64,000 bases of DNA from Octopus vulgaris (lineage: Eukaryota): positions 20,770,001 to 20,834,000 of the forward strand of contig OX597814.1 of assembly GCA_951406725.2 (NCBI GenBank), written 5' to 3'. The notes beneath the pieces are model-generated. The model saw nothing but the letters and a program-made list of their open reading frames with translations. It did not search any database and had not been told where the DNA came from. Positions 14,301 through 28,200 of this stretch are shown piece after piece. The first letter of the stretch is position 1. Each line of letters begins with the position of its first letter. A program made the translations under genes and the position numbers.

Positions 14301-17300
14301 TTACCGGTAAGTGTGTTACATTATAAGGCACAAAAAGAAAATGACTCTCCCCAGACACAATAAAAACTCTAGGTTTATTTGTATTAGATATACCAGGTGC
14401 TATTATGAAAGCTGGTTATAGATGTCTGTCTAATTACACTTTTGTCGTAGTGTGATAAAACTGACATTTGAAATTTGCTTCTTCTATATACAGAAAAAGA
14501 AACTGAATATTTTTCTTCTCAACATATCTTGAAGTATTTTGTTTAATACACTTTTATAATTTAACCAAGCATCCTTTAATCTCTAATATACTCCTTTTCC
14601 AGGATATTACTATTATTGGATTACATTCCACCTTTCTGTTTAAACAGAATCAAAATAATATTTCTCCAGACATAATCTTTCTGCTAAGAAGGAAATTACA
14701 AAATGTAGGTTCAGTCAGTTCTAGCCTTTATATCTTTTACCTTTTACTTGTTTCAGTCATTAGACTGCGTCCAAGCTGGGGCAGTGACTTGAAGAATTTT
14801 TAGTCAAATGTATCAACTCCAGTACTTATTTGTTTTATAAGCCTTGTATTTATTCTATCGCTCACTTTTTGCTGAACTGCTGAGTTATGGGGACATAAAC
14901 ACACCAGTGACAGTTGGTGTCAAGTGGTGGTGGTGGGGGACAAACACAGGCACAAAGACACACACATACACATGTAATATATATACACATAGGCACAGGC
15001 ATAGCTGTGTGGTAAGAAGGCGGCGAGCTGGCGGAAACGTTAGCATACCGGGCAAAATGCTTAGCAGTATCTCGTCCGCTGTTACGTTCTGAGTTCAAAT
15101 TTCGCCGAGGTCGACTTTGCCTTTCATCCTTTCGGTGTCGATTAAATAAGTACCAGTTACGCACTGGGGTCGACGTAATCGACTTAATCCATTTGTCTGT
15201 CCCTGTTTGTCCCCTCTATGTTTAGCCCCTTGTGGGCAATAAAGAAATAAGATGGTTCTGGGTTCAGTCCCACTGTGTGGCACCTTGGGGAAGTGTCTTC
15301 TGCTATAGCCTCAGGCTGATCAAAGCCTTGTGAATGGATTTGGTAGATAGAAACTGAAAGAAGCCCATTGTATACATAAATATATATGTATGTTTGTGTG
15401 CCTGTGTTTGTCTCCCCACCATCGCTTAACAACCGATGTCGGTACATTTACTTCCCGTAACTTAGCAGTTCAGCAAAAGTGACCAATAGAATAAGTATTA
15501 GGCCTACAAAGAATAAGTCCTGGGATTGATTTCTTTGACTAAAGGTGGTGCTTCAGCATGTCCGCAGTTAAATGACTGAAACCAGTAAAAGAATAAAAGA
15601 ACATATATGATGTGGTCAATGCCAGAACCGCCTGACTGGCCTTCATTCCAGTGGCATGTAAAAAGCACCCATGACATGTTCGGAGTGGTTGGTGTTAGGA
15701 AAGGCATTCAGCTGCAGAAACTTTGCCAGATCAGACTGAGCCTGGTGCAGCCTTCTGGCTTGCCAGCCTTTAGTCAACCGTCCAACTCATGCCTGCATGG
15801 AAAGTGGATGTTAAACAACAATGATGATGATGGTGATGACAGGATTCTTTCAGTTTTCGTGTACCATATCCATTCACAAAGTTTTGGTCAGCCTAAGGCT
15901 ATAGAAGACACTTGCCCAAGGTGCTACGCAGCAGGACTGAATCCGGGACCATGTGACTGGGAAGCAACCTTCTTACTACACAGCCATGCCTATAATCAGA
16001 TCACACTTTCTTCTTCCTTACTTTTCAAAACAGAGGTTAGTTATGGGGTTTAGAAATATCACCATGTTTTTCAGAAATAAGCACCCACTGCACTTCGTTA
16101 ATTAAGTGTGAGGTTGAGTAATCCTTTTAGTCTTGTCAACGACATGACAACTTTTCTGATGCTGATACTGTGAAAAATGCCCCCAACACACTCTGTAAAG
16201 TGGTTAGTGATAGGATGGACATCCAAACATAGAAGCCAAGCCAAAACTGAAACTTATGAGTGAGATCTACTCCTCCGATCCATCTAGGAGATCAGCAATG
16301 ACCTGACAACCCATGCTAGCATAGACAGTAGATGTATGACAATGATGATAAAATTCCATTGTAAACTGATTTAGACATTGTTGTAATTAGGCTGTTAATT
16401 AAAAATACATTTTTTGATAGTATTTCCCTCTGAAGGCAAAGCTAATCATTGGCAATAATTTTTAGATATATTTTCTTTTGAACCAGGTAAAATCTTACTT
16501 TGATAATTTTCAGTAATAAATACATTTTCATTGAAAAAGTTGTTTACGGCTAAATTATTTCTATTTCTTAAACTACACACACACAGTTCTGACACCTAAT
16601 GGTGAATTCATACCCACCTAAATGAAGTGTTAAAATTGCAATATAAATTAGAATAGTGCAGTAACACAATTAATTTTCAATCTTTTAACTTGAAAAGGAG
16701 AACCTCAATAAGAAGACATAGGTGAAATGTGTCAAATATCTCAACTATCATTAATAACAAGGATATAAAAAAAATGCCTTACATTAATAAACTAAAACAA
16801 CTTAAAAGTACATTATATATAGGAACAAAATCATCATCATCGTTTAATGTTTGTTTTCCAAGCTGGTATGGGTTGGATGGTTTGACAGGAGCTGGACAGA
16901 CACCAGTTGTTTGTTGTGGTTTCTATGTCCTTCCTAACACCAGCCACTTTACGGAATATGCTGGGTGCTTTTTATGTGCCACCTATTTTTCCTAGGGGCA
17001 TTGCCATATACTCTCTTTTACTTGTTTCAGTCATTTGACTGCGGCCATGCTGGAGCACCACCTTTTAGTCGAGCAACTTGACCCTGGGACTTATTCTTTT
17101 GTAAGCCCAGTACTTATTCTATCGGTCCCTTTTGCCGAACCGCTAAGTGACGGGGACGTAAACACATCAGCATCGGTTGTCAAGCAATGCTAGGGGGACA
17201 AACACAGACACACAAACATATACACACACACTTATATATATATACATATATACGATGGGCTTCTTTCAGTTTCCGTCTACCAAATCCACTCACGAGGCTT

Positions 17301-19208
17301 TGGTCGGCCCGAGGCTATAGTAGAAGACACTTGCCCAAGGTGCCACGCAGTGGGACTGAACCCGGAACCATGTGGTTGGTAAACAAGCTACTTACCACAC
17401 AGCCACTCCTACGCCATATACACAGTTTATATAAAGAAAATTTATTCTATTTTATCAAATGATTTTAACATTATACTAAATGATGTATTCTACATATATA
17501 TTAAACAGTATACACACTGAATGGTCATGCCTGGAACACACCAAAATACAAGTAAAAGTTTAACATGTATATGTTTTTGTGTCAGCACGTATGCACTAAT
17601 TATGTACATGGCAGTGTATAAACAGAAACTAAGTACATTTTGTTGTTTTGCCACTTCTGTTTCAGTTTTACATTCTACTTTTGAATTATTAAGTGAAACA
17701 AGAAACAACCTGAGTCAATATTTAACTAAATACAGTAAAGAAATTAGCTAAATTATGCTCATAATTGTTGATATGATGTGATAAAAAAAAAACAAAGCTT
17801 ACACCTGTAGCAATGAAACACTGTTTTTATTTTCATCTAGACAGAAATTCTATATATAAATAGATATTAACGACACATACATGCTGAATGCCAACACAAT
17901 TTATGTCCTTCAAAATTACATACAAAACAAGATGGATTGGTTTAACCCTTTAGCATTTAAACCAGCCATATCCGGCCAAAAGTATTCTGCTTGTTTTATG
18001 TTCAAACTGGCCATATCTGGTCTCTCACACCAAACCTACAATACCATTTTAAAAATTAACAGCTACCTCATCAAAATCTCCTAGCTACAAGATAATGCAT
18101 GATTAATTCAAAACAATGTGGATGAAAAAGGATTAATTTTGGCAGAATAATGCGAACACTAAAGGGTTAAATTTTGATTTTTTTTTACTTTCTGGAAATT
18201 TAAAATACTGTGTTTGAGTTTATTAAGATTATGATTTAAAAAAGAAACTTTCAATTAAAATTAATTTTTTTTTCCAAAACCTAAGTGTCTACTGCTCAAA
18301 ATAAAACCTGAAAACTATATGAAAAAAATTAATAAAATATCCAGATTTGAATAACAAGCTGGTATGGGTTGGATGGTTTGACAGGAGCTGGACAGACACC
18401 AGTTGTTTGTTGTGGTTTCTATGTCCTTCCTAACACCAGCCACTTTACGTAATATGCTGGGTGCTTTTTAGAAACTGAATAGCAAAATTAAGGGTAAACT
18501 TATTTAAGTACAGTCACATCAAAATCAAACTGATTAACATTGGCTTTACAGGGATAAAGTTCAAAGGTCACATTTGAATCTACTCTTTTGTTTTGATTCC
18601 AATACGTGAAAGCTTTTTCAATTCATTTCATATAGCAAGTGTAATAAATCTATTTAAAACTCCTTTTTCAATATTTTGGAATATTAAAGAAACGTTAGTA
18701 TTATATATGCAGCTATTGTATAGAACACCAACCAACGATGTTCATATAGTCGGACTGAGGCCCTAACCATGTTAAGAAAGGAACTTCTTAACTACACAGC
18801 TGTGCCTGCATCAACAAATATATACAAATAAATAAAGTGCAGACTTGGCTGTATGGTTAATAAGCTTGCTTCCCAACTACATGGCCTTGGGTTCAGTCCC
18901 ACTGTGTGGTACCTTGGGCAGGTGTCTACTATAGCCTGAGGCTGATCAAAGCTTTGCAAGAGGATATGATAGATGGAAACTGAAAGAATATATATAATCA
19001 TCATCATCATTTAACAGCTACTTTTCTGTGCTTGCAAGGGTCAAGCGGGATTTGTTGAGGCAATGTTTCTACAGTGGGATGCCCTACTTATTGTTAACCC
19101 TCACCTGTTTACAGGCAAGATAATCTTTCTCCATGATCAGTAATGTTTTTCATGGAACACTGAAAATGACAACCCTGCTTGTATGATGATTTGAAATGGA
19201 AAAAAATC

Positions 19209-19239
<31 letters not shown>

Positions 19240-22200
19240 CTTACTGCATAGAATTTCCAATCTCGATCATTCACTAAAGGAGAGGGTCTTGTAATACCTT
19301 CTTGTTCTTCAACAAGATAATTTCCAAGAAATAAATCAATAGAATCCTGAAATTTAAAAATAAATATTACAATTATTAAAAATGTTAATGCATAAAGAAT
19401 GGAAGGTTCCCATTCTTTATGGAAGAATGGAAAATTTCTCCAAGACACAAGAATGTAAGGTGTTAGAATGATAGAAACTCTTAAGGATAATGATCTCAAT
19501 AGAAGGATAAAAAAACTGGTTATATTGGCAGCAATGTTTCAGCGGCTAGACATTCAACATGTGCTGGAAGCAACTTGCCTGAGTTTGTTGCTTGCAATCT
19601 GTATTTGGTGCTTACTAAAACATTTGGATTTGGCATGTCAGTGTCAACATCCATAATGGTTGTAAGCTGCAGCCAACATACTTGAATTACTATTGTTTGT
19701 TTGTTTGTTGAATATAGGGGCTTATTTGGTAGTAACTTGTCTTTTTTGGTGTCTAACCAAGAGCATATAGGAAGCTGACCTGAGACAAGTTATCTAAATG
19801 TTTGCCAGGATGCATATTTATACAGGTTGCTTGAAATTATGGAGATTAATATTGCTAATTAGTGTTTAGAAGCCACATTGTTTGCTGAATTTTATTTGTC
19901 TATGCAAATAGGAAACTATTTTGGTATGGTGCATTTTATGGTTAGAGAAGAGTTTAATTCCTGGAGTATGATAATGTCAATGTTTGTGCATGCATGAGAA
20001 GTATAAATTGTCATGGTTTACTGTATGAGCAAAGTATGAAAGAAGTATATTTAGGCATTTGTAGGTGTGTGCGTTGTCTTAAGTGCGTTGTGTTACAATA
20101 CCACTGTTTGTATATAGTTTCATGTATATGTTTGTGCATTTCACGTACTCTGCAAGTTGTAATGATTGCAGTGTGTCTTCATGTATAGTTTAATAATAAT
20201 AATAATAATTGTGTACAGTGCTCAGGTGCACTACAACTCATCTAAAGTGTATATATAATCAGGTGAAGTTTCGGCGGATTTCGGAAAGCATGAGGGCCTT
20301 AAAAGATGCAGTGTCATGGCAGTCAACAACTGACGCAGGCAGTTTATTCCATGCTTCAGCAACTCTGAGCGTGAAAAAATGTTTCCGAAAGTCATGGGAG
20401 CTGTATTGTTTTCTGACTTTGTAGGCATGTCCACGTGTGTTAGACACATGGAGATCAAAAAGGTGTTCAGTGTTGTTGTTGGTGAGGTGGTTGCTTTCAT
20501 AAACAAAGAGAAACCTTACACAATTCAATGTCATTGACTATTATCCATCTCTAAGGTAAGATTTTATAAAAGCCATTCAATACAACAAAATATATATAAA
20601 CACAACAAAGAAAGACCTGCATATCATCATGCATGCCAGGAGATCTATCCCATGGAGCAAGGATGCTTGAGGATTGAGAACAATGGAATGGGCAATTTCC
20701 ATGTCCCTATGAATAACTTTGATAGAACTGGAAAAAATCTGTGAACTATTAGGCCTATCTTGTTCAAGGAAATAAAGAAAAAAACTCTTTAGGTAACAAG
20801 ATGAGTGTATCAAGGGGAAGGGCATATGATTTTGAATGGCAAAAGTGAGAGCCACCTCCTAGACATATCAATTTTGACCGAGTTAAAGAGACAGCATTTG
20901 GGTGAGCTACAGTTTGATCTGCTGATGAAAGACAAAGCAAACTTAACAGTATACAATGTTGATATTTTGTAAAGCTTCAAGAGGAACATTAAAGGCTACA
21001 ATATAACTGGTGCAGGAGGTTCTGCAAAGGCCCTTCATCAAAACTCAGCAAAAAAAAAAAAAAAAAGAAAAAAACTTATAACTTGAAATCTTACCAGCCT
21101 GTCAAAAACCAAATATCCATCTATCCACCCAACATTATCCAATATATGTCAATGTCAAAAAGCATTAATAAGAAGTTAAATACATTGTCCTCTGATGAAA
21201 AGAACTTTAACAAAGTCAAAGAGTACTCTTGACACTAACATGCAGCCAATATCAGAAAAAATTCAGTATTCACCAACAGCAATTAACAATCCTCCTGAAA
21301 GTATTAGGAAGAGAAATATAACATGGTATTTTTTATGGCTTAATCAGAAGGTTGGGCTGTATTCATGACTGTTGAAAACTCTGAGAGACTTGTAAGATTG
21401 ATACAGTCTATATTTACATTGAGCATCTCAAAGTTAACATCTGTAGAGGAAAACATGGTTAGGAAATGAATTTCGGAGGGCTGACATTCAGTGGTAAAAA
21501 GTTTTAGGTGAAATAATTATGCTTGAGCAGTGAGACACAGTAGGGGTAAAGAGAATAAGGAATAAGGATGGGACTTGGGTAGTGTGCTATGTAAATTAGA
21601 GGCTGTTGTAGTGTGTTGGGAAGGGAGTCTTTTTTTTTTTAATCAGTTAGTCAAAAGATTTTCTTTAGGATGCAGTCAAGTGTGGATGAGTACAAGAGGA
21701 AGGGTTACCCCAATGTGAAATTTACTTGTGCTTTATGGAAATTAGGAATTGAAATATTTTCTGGCCCTGAAGAAGGCTAATCTTTAGGATGCAGTTGTAG
21801 CTTTGTTATGTATGTACGTTGTAGGATGGCTGGTAAAGACCATCTGTAGCTGTTCTGAGGGTTTTAATTTATGCTGTTTATGATGGGAAAGGGTGTGACA
21901 CAAAATTACACAAAGATGAGTGTTGCTAAACATTTTTTCCACTCAGATCAGCACTTTCTGAAAGAACACAAATTCCACCAGCTTTCAATAAGCAAAGCAT
22001 AAAGGAGAGCTAAAGCTACATGCAGAACATGTAAAATTTCTTTTTCTTATTTTTTTAATTAGATTAATCTGGAGGAAGGGGCTTGTGCCCAATGACTTTG
22101 CAGACTCTTTAAAACTTGTGAGATCAATGTGGTTAGCATTTCTCTTGAGCAGTTGCAACTCAATGACATCAAGAAAAACATATGCAGGGTGGAAATTCCA

Positions 22201-25200
22201 GAGGGTTGATGTTATAGAAAAGTCGGATGCAGAGATTAGTCTGGATCCTATAAGGGGGACACACAACATGGGTGATAATATGAAGAGAGACGAATATGAC
22301 GGTAATGGGTGAGTATAGGTAGCATGAGAGCCAGCTACTAGGAGCAGAAGACAATGTAATAGCAGTAGAAAGGTAGAGAAAAAAGACAGCAATGCAAAAA
22401 CGCTATAATCCAAGACCAAAAGTAGCTGACATGCAAAGGTAAATGCCTAAAATAAAAGCATTATATACCGTGCTGATGTCTCCACTAATAAACACATCAA
22501 CCAGCTACATAGGCCTCACAGAATGCTTATTCAAAAGTTGCCTACACCAGCACAACAGCCCAAACTGCCATTGACACCTGGAAAACAACACAGCACTCTC
22601 AAAATACATTTGGAGATCAGAGAAGGGACAGCCAGCATTACATAGATAATTCTAGATAAGGTATAAGTGTTTTGAATTAGACTGAATAATTCTGATCTTT
22701 GCATATCTTCTGCCATCCCACTTCAATCTTAAGCAAAAGAAAAGTATGTATTTCAACCAGCTGACAAATGAACAAATACTCTCTCATGAACTTTGAAACA
22801 GACTGTCGGATCACATAATTGATGTCAGAGTTTCACATGGCTAACTGAAAACACAATTTAAGCAATTCACCAACTTTTGATCATTTCTTCTAATCCACTG
22901 CTGTGTACAGTCAACAAAAACTTGGTTTGTATACAAAATTCTGTTTACATTACATTGTGACAAACAAAAGACTACACACTCATCTAACATTTTGGTCTAT
23001 TGAGCACTTATATTTTTATGATACAAAAGCAATAGATATTTGGTTAGAGTCCCATTAGCTGACCTCCATCCATATTCATCACTAACTGCATCCCCTCTCC
23101 TCTATCTACCACTCTTCCTTTCAAACTCTCATGAATTTACCTGCACACAATTTGTTCCTAGTGAGTCTCTCTCCCCTGCAGTTCACCTTCTTACCTGGCT
23201 CTCTCCATTCATGTTCACTCACTGCACACCCTCCTCTTTCTCTCCAACTCTCCTTTCACACTCATGCAAACATACCTACCCACTTACTCTATCCAATCCT
23301 CTTCACCACTTTATTTATACACCCATCCCTGTAACTTGAGTATGCACCCCAATACATCATCTTCACCACTTTTCTTTCTCTTGTGCGCTCTCTTTTCCTT
23401 TTTCAACTGGAGCAGCCATGTATCTCCTCTACTGCAAGACACCTGTTTATATCCCTCTATCATACTCAAACGTCTCCTCACCTGACACAAAGCCATCTCC
23501 CTCAATACAACTCCTCACTCAGTTGAGTGGGTGAGGTGCCTTCTCTTGCAAGTTACTTTGGTGAACTTACTGGTACTGGTGCCACATAAAAAGCACTGAG
23601 TACACTCTGTAAAGTGGCTGGCATTAGGAAGGGCATCCAGCTGTAGAAACCATGTCAAAGCAGACAGCAGACTTTCATGTAGTTTAAATATGTTTAAACA
23701 TAGATTCTGGCTCACTAGTTCTTGTCAAACTGTCCAACCATGCGAATATGGAAAGCAGACATTAAACAATGATGATGATGAATATCATTTTACAAAGTTT
23801 TAGATAAGTCAATTCTAATTTGATCTAGGGAGTTATTTTTTATTGCAACTGTTGCATCAAGGTTGAACACCTTGCTATGTTGAACTGAGCAGTTATCTTG
23901 TGGACATAACAAAAGTACAGTTATTAAACAGGATCAAGTATCTAATTTGAAAAATAAAAAGATAGCACTTCATAGTAAAAGTGGTTAGAGTCCCATCAAT
24001 GACCTTGTCCTCTTTTTTTTTTTTTTTTTTAATCTTACATTGGTACTTGTTTTGGCTCTTTTCTGAGTTCAGATTCTCTTGAATTTTTTACAATAAAAAT
24101 CATCAGCACTGCAATGAAGGTTTGACTTTTAAATGCAATAATTCTACCAACAGTGCATGACTGTGAAATATAATACAAAAAAGTGAAAGTGGCCAGTCTT
24201 TTAGTTAGGTTTTCTGTATGCTACATTAGGCATTTATCAAAATGTTTTTCATGGAAAAGTCTTTCAGATGTCTGTTCATTTTTCAGTCATTATGTTTGAA
24301 GTGTAAAGGGGTCTCTGATTATGAGTGATTAAATACAAATTTAAAGTAATCATTAAGCAAAAGAGATTCAATATCTGTTTGTACAGTACATTAGATATTG
24401 TATTTATTATTAGCTGAATATCACATTCATATTATAACTTAAAGCTTCGACATAGGTCATCAAATAACATGGGAAAGATTTTTTGTGATTCCATCGATGT
24501 GTGAAGACATTACAATTTATTACTAAAATTATCATTGTAAATTCCAGTTACATTTCAAGGTTGTAAACACTGATTGTCATTTGGTGATATGACAGAAGGC
24601 TGCATGTAGTTGTAGAATCTAAGTTTAAATATGTTTAAATAGTTTTATGGCGAGCAGTGTGTAAACTTATTAAAAATTATGATACAGCTTTATTGAGAAG
24701 GACAATTGAGGAAATAAAACAATATATATATATCATCATCATCATTATCATTTGATGTCTGCTTTCCATGCTGGCATGGGTTGGATGGTTTGACATGGTG
24801 CTAGCTAGCAGGGAGCTGTCCAGATTCCAACTGTCTCTTGTGGTATAGTTTCTAAGGATGGATGCCCTTCCTAAAGCCAACCACTAGGTGCTAGGTGTTT
24901 TTTATGTTCTGTGTTAGAACAAAAAAAAACGCTGAATACATAAAAGAATTTGTAGCAATTCAATGCTGCTACACCAAGAAGATTGCTCAGTACAATAGTT
25001 GAGGAGAGGCTGAAAGAACAAAGACACTATTCCCTGAAGGAAAGCTGAGAAACATATGCAGTGATATATTGATGGCAAACCCTTGAAGGGATGGCACGAA
25101 ACTCTAGCATTGAAAGCTATGCCATTTGCTAAACTGGCCAATGGTCCTACCTTCCCCATCTAGAGTTAGCATCATACACTGCAACAGCTTAGCATTTGAA

Positions 25201-28200
25201 GGCCCGTGAGATATATATGGAATGGATTTATATCCATTCCATGTATCTAACTGCAAACTTAAGGCAAGAATGCAAATAAGGGCAGTAAATATTCAGTTAC
25301 ATCATTCACCAAAAATCATCATATAGAAAGAAAGGAGGGTTGCAGGAAGGGTAATAATAGTACCCCAGCATGGCCACAACTAACGGGCTGAAACTAATTA
25401 GAGTAAATGTGTTTGTGTGTGCGTATGTATACATACACACACACAAACACCACCACCACCACCACCATCATTTAATGTCCACTTTTCCATACTTGCAGGG
25501 GTGAAACAGTGCCTATTTGAAGTAGATTTTCTATGGCTGGATACCTTACCTGTCATCAAGACCCACTGGTTTTCAAGCAAGGTAATATTTCCCCTTGGCT
25601 GACACCCACTTACAACTATCATGTGGTGTCACAACAAGGAGACACATATGTACAACTGTCTTTTCTTAGTTTCTGCCTACCAAATCCACTTACAAGGCTT
25701 TGGTCAGCCTGGGGCTATAATTGAAGACATGCAGCTGACTGAATCCAGAACCATGTGGTTGAGAAGCAAACTTCTTACTAGAGCCACACACACACACAGA
25801 GAATCATTTCAAAATAAATAAACAATAAAAATAACAGACAACAAAAGGTCATGCACAAGGAATGTATTAGTTTGAAGCTCAGTAAAAAGAGAGAGAGAGT
25901 TTTTGACGTTTTGAGCATTGCTCTTTGTTGGAATGGAGAAAGGGAAAAGTCCAAAGAAAGAAAAGAAATCACCAACAGTTGTGTGTAGTTATATATTTAC
26001 ACATACACAAACCCAAACACACACATACTTTTCAGGAGAACAGTTTTATAGTGACTTTGAAGTTTTGGCTTGTTTGCCTTCATCAGTCTGATGAATGTGA
26101 GCAATAACCATTTTAGCCATTTTGAAATGTGGCGCGAAATGGCAATATGATGTAATGTCGTATTGCCGAAGAATTATCATTTTCGTTTATTTTTTTCCAT
26201 TGGTTAAAATAACTGCTCATATAAAGATTCTAGAAGTTTCGAAAAGAATGCCTGTCATGGATTTCGATTCTTTTTAGTCAAGTTGAGCAGTTATAAAAAC
26301 CCTGAATTTTGGAAGATATTTCAGTGTTCGTTGGTTGTCACAAAACTCCACGGCACTCACTCTTTTGAGACATTGGTAAATTTTTATGCCATGTCTAAGT
26401 TAATCACAAATCTATTTTGATTTGTTGGTTAATGTATTAGATAGAAAGAAGAAATTAGCTAAGGAATTTATAGTCGTTTTTCTTCACAACAAAGTTATCT
26501 TTCTTATTGTAATTAATATGAAATGTTATATTTATATAATAAAAAATAATTAAAAAGAAAATGTTTCTCTTCACGTTTGTTTTTCAACTGAGCATAGATA
26601 AATATGCATTTCTGTAATCTTTGAATTATGTTTCTTATAGCAGTTTTAAGGACACGATTAAATATTCAACATACATGTCATTAATATAGCGTTTCATGCG
26701 TATATGTCTCTATGATGTTATAACTGTAGTTAGGGTTTTTAGGTATAATGATAACACTTGAGTATAAGTGACGTTGAATCATTATATTCTCCCTTACTCA
26801 GAGAAAAGACAAAATAAATAATATAACCTAAGAGAAAGCTTAAGGTAGAATAACCGAAAACCGCCATAAATGCAAACAAAAACCAAAGCTTCTAAGTTAC
26901 TATCAACGTTTTCCTTGCAAAAGTTATATGAACTCAACTAAAAAGTAGTGTGGAATCCTTCAGTATAGTGTTAAATTGTTTTGATATATAACTTGAAATA
27001 AAAACAAGCTTTAACATACACACACATGCACACCATAGAACCAAAGCAATCTTTTGAATTTCTCTATCCATTTATTCTTACTACATTTCCTGTCATGTCT
27101 AGAGAAGATGTGGGTTTCAGTACAACTAATTCTAGACTAAAACAACAGTGCTTCGAATAAACTACAGTACTATATTTAGTACTTTAATAAAAGATTATCA
27201 ATTACCTGTCGGAATCCATCTTTAAAATTGTTCTTGAAATAACGGATTAGTGAATTTAAACCATCCATCATTAAGCCAGATTTAGTTCGTTTACCAGTCC
27301 TTGTAATAATAAAATATAAAATAAATCACAATAAGATCAGTGTAAATAAAATAGAAAGTATTGATCAGGAGTTTGGATAAGCATATGGTAAAAGAAAACT
27401 TAGAAAGATAGTTGGTCATGTCATCATACTTAGTCTATAGAAATCAAGTGTGAGTAATGAATGTGGTAAGTGTATTAAAAATATTTATAGTGAACATATT
27501 AAGGAATAGTTAGTTTGGATAATAGATGAACTGAATTTTACATACCGAGTAAAGTCTGTTTTTAATGCACCTGTGCTAGCATACTGCTTTGATAAAATAT
27601 CTGCATTGTCAGCCCACACTAAAAAAAGAAATTATACCAAAACTTAATTAATATGCACTTCTCATTCAAAAGGTCATCATCATCATTTAACGTCCATTGT
27701 CCATGCTGGTATGGGTTAGACAGTCTGACTGGGCTGGCACGCTGGAAGGCTGTGCCAAGCTCCAGTCTGATTTGACATGGTTTTCTATGGCTGGGTGCCC
27801 TTCCTAATGCCAACCATTCTGAGAATGTAATGAGTGCTTTTACATGCCACTGGCACAGGTGCCATTTGTGTGACACCAGTATCTGCCATGACTCCAATTT
27901 TGTTGGCTTGATGGATCTTCTCAAGCACGACATAATGTCAAAGGTCTTGGTCATTGCCTCTGTGAAGCTCAACATTCGAAATATGCTCAGCCACTTTGCA
28001 TGAAAGGATCTCAGCCACCTCACCTCTGCGAGGCCCATTCGAAAGGAACTCAGCCACCTCACCTCTGTGAGATCCATTCAAAAGGAACTCAGCCACCTCA
28101 CCTCTGTGAGGCCCATTTGAAAAAAACTCAGCCACCTCACCTCTGTGAAATCCATTTAAAAGGAACTTAGCCACCTCACCTCTGTGAGGCCCATTTGAAA

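Noticed and set aside
17187-17462. Recurrent small ORFs [24 protein letters not shown] (also 31807, 40266, 42595) as a gene family
   Set aside because: Translations of SINE family A
21985-22419. 144-aa minus-strand ORF
   Set aside because: No recognisable domain or convincing splice context; more likely a decayed LINE 5' region
23040-24006. ~25-bp direct repeats TGGTTAGAGTCCCAT at 23041 and 23982 as LTR/TSD
   Set aside because: Too short and diverged, no TG..CA or PBS; likely starts of two old repeat fragments
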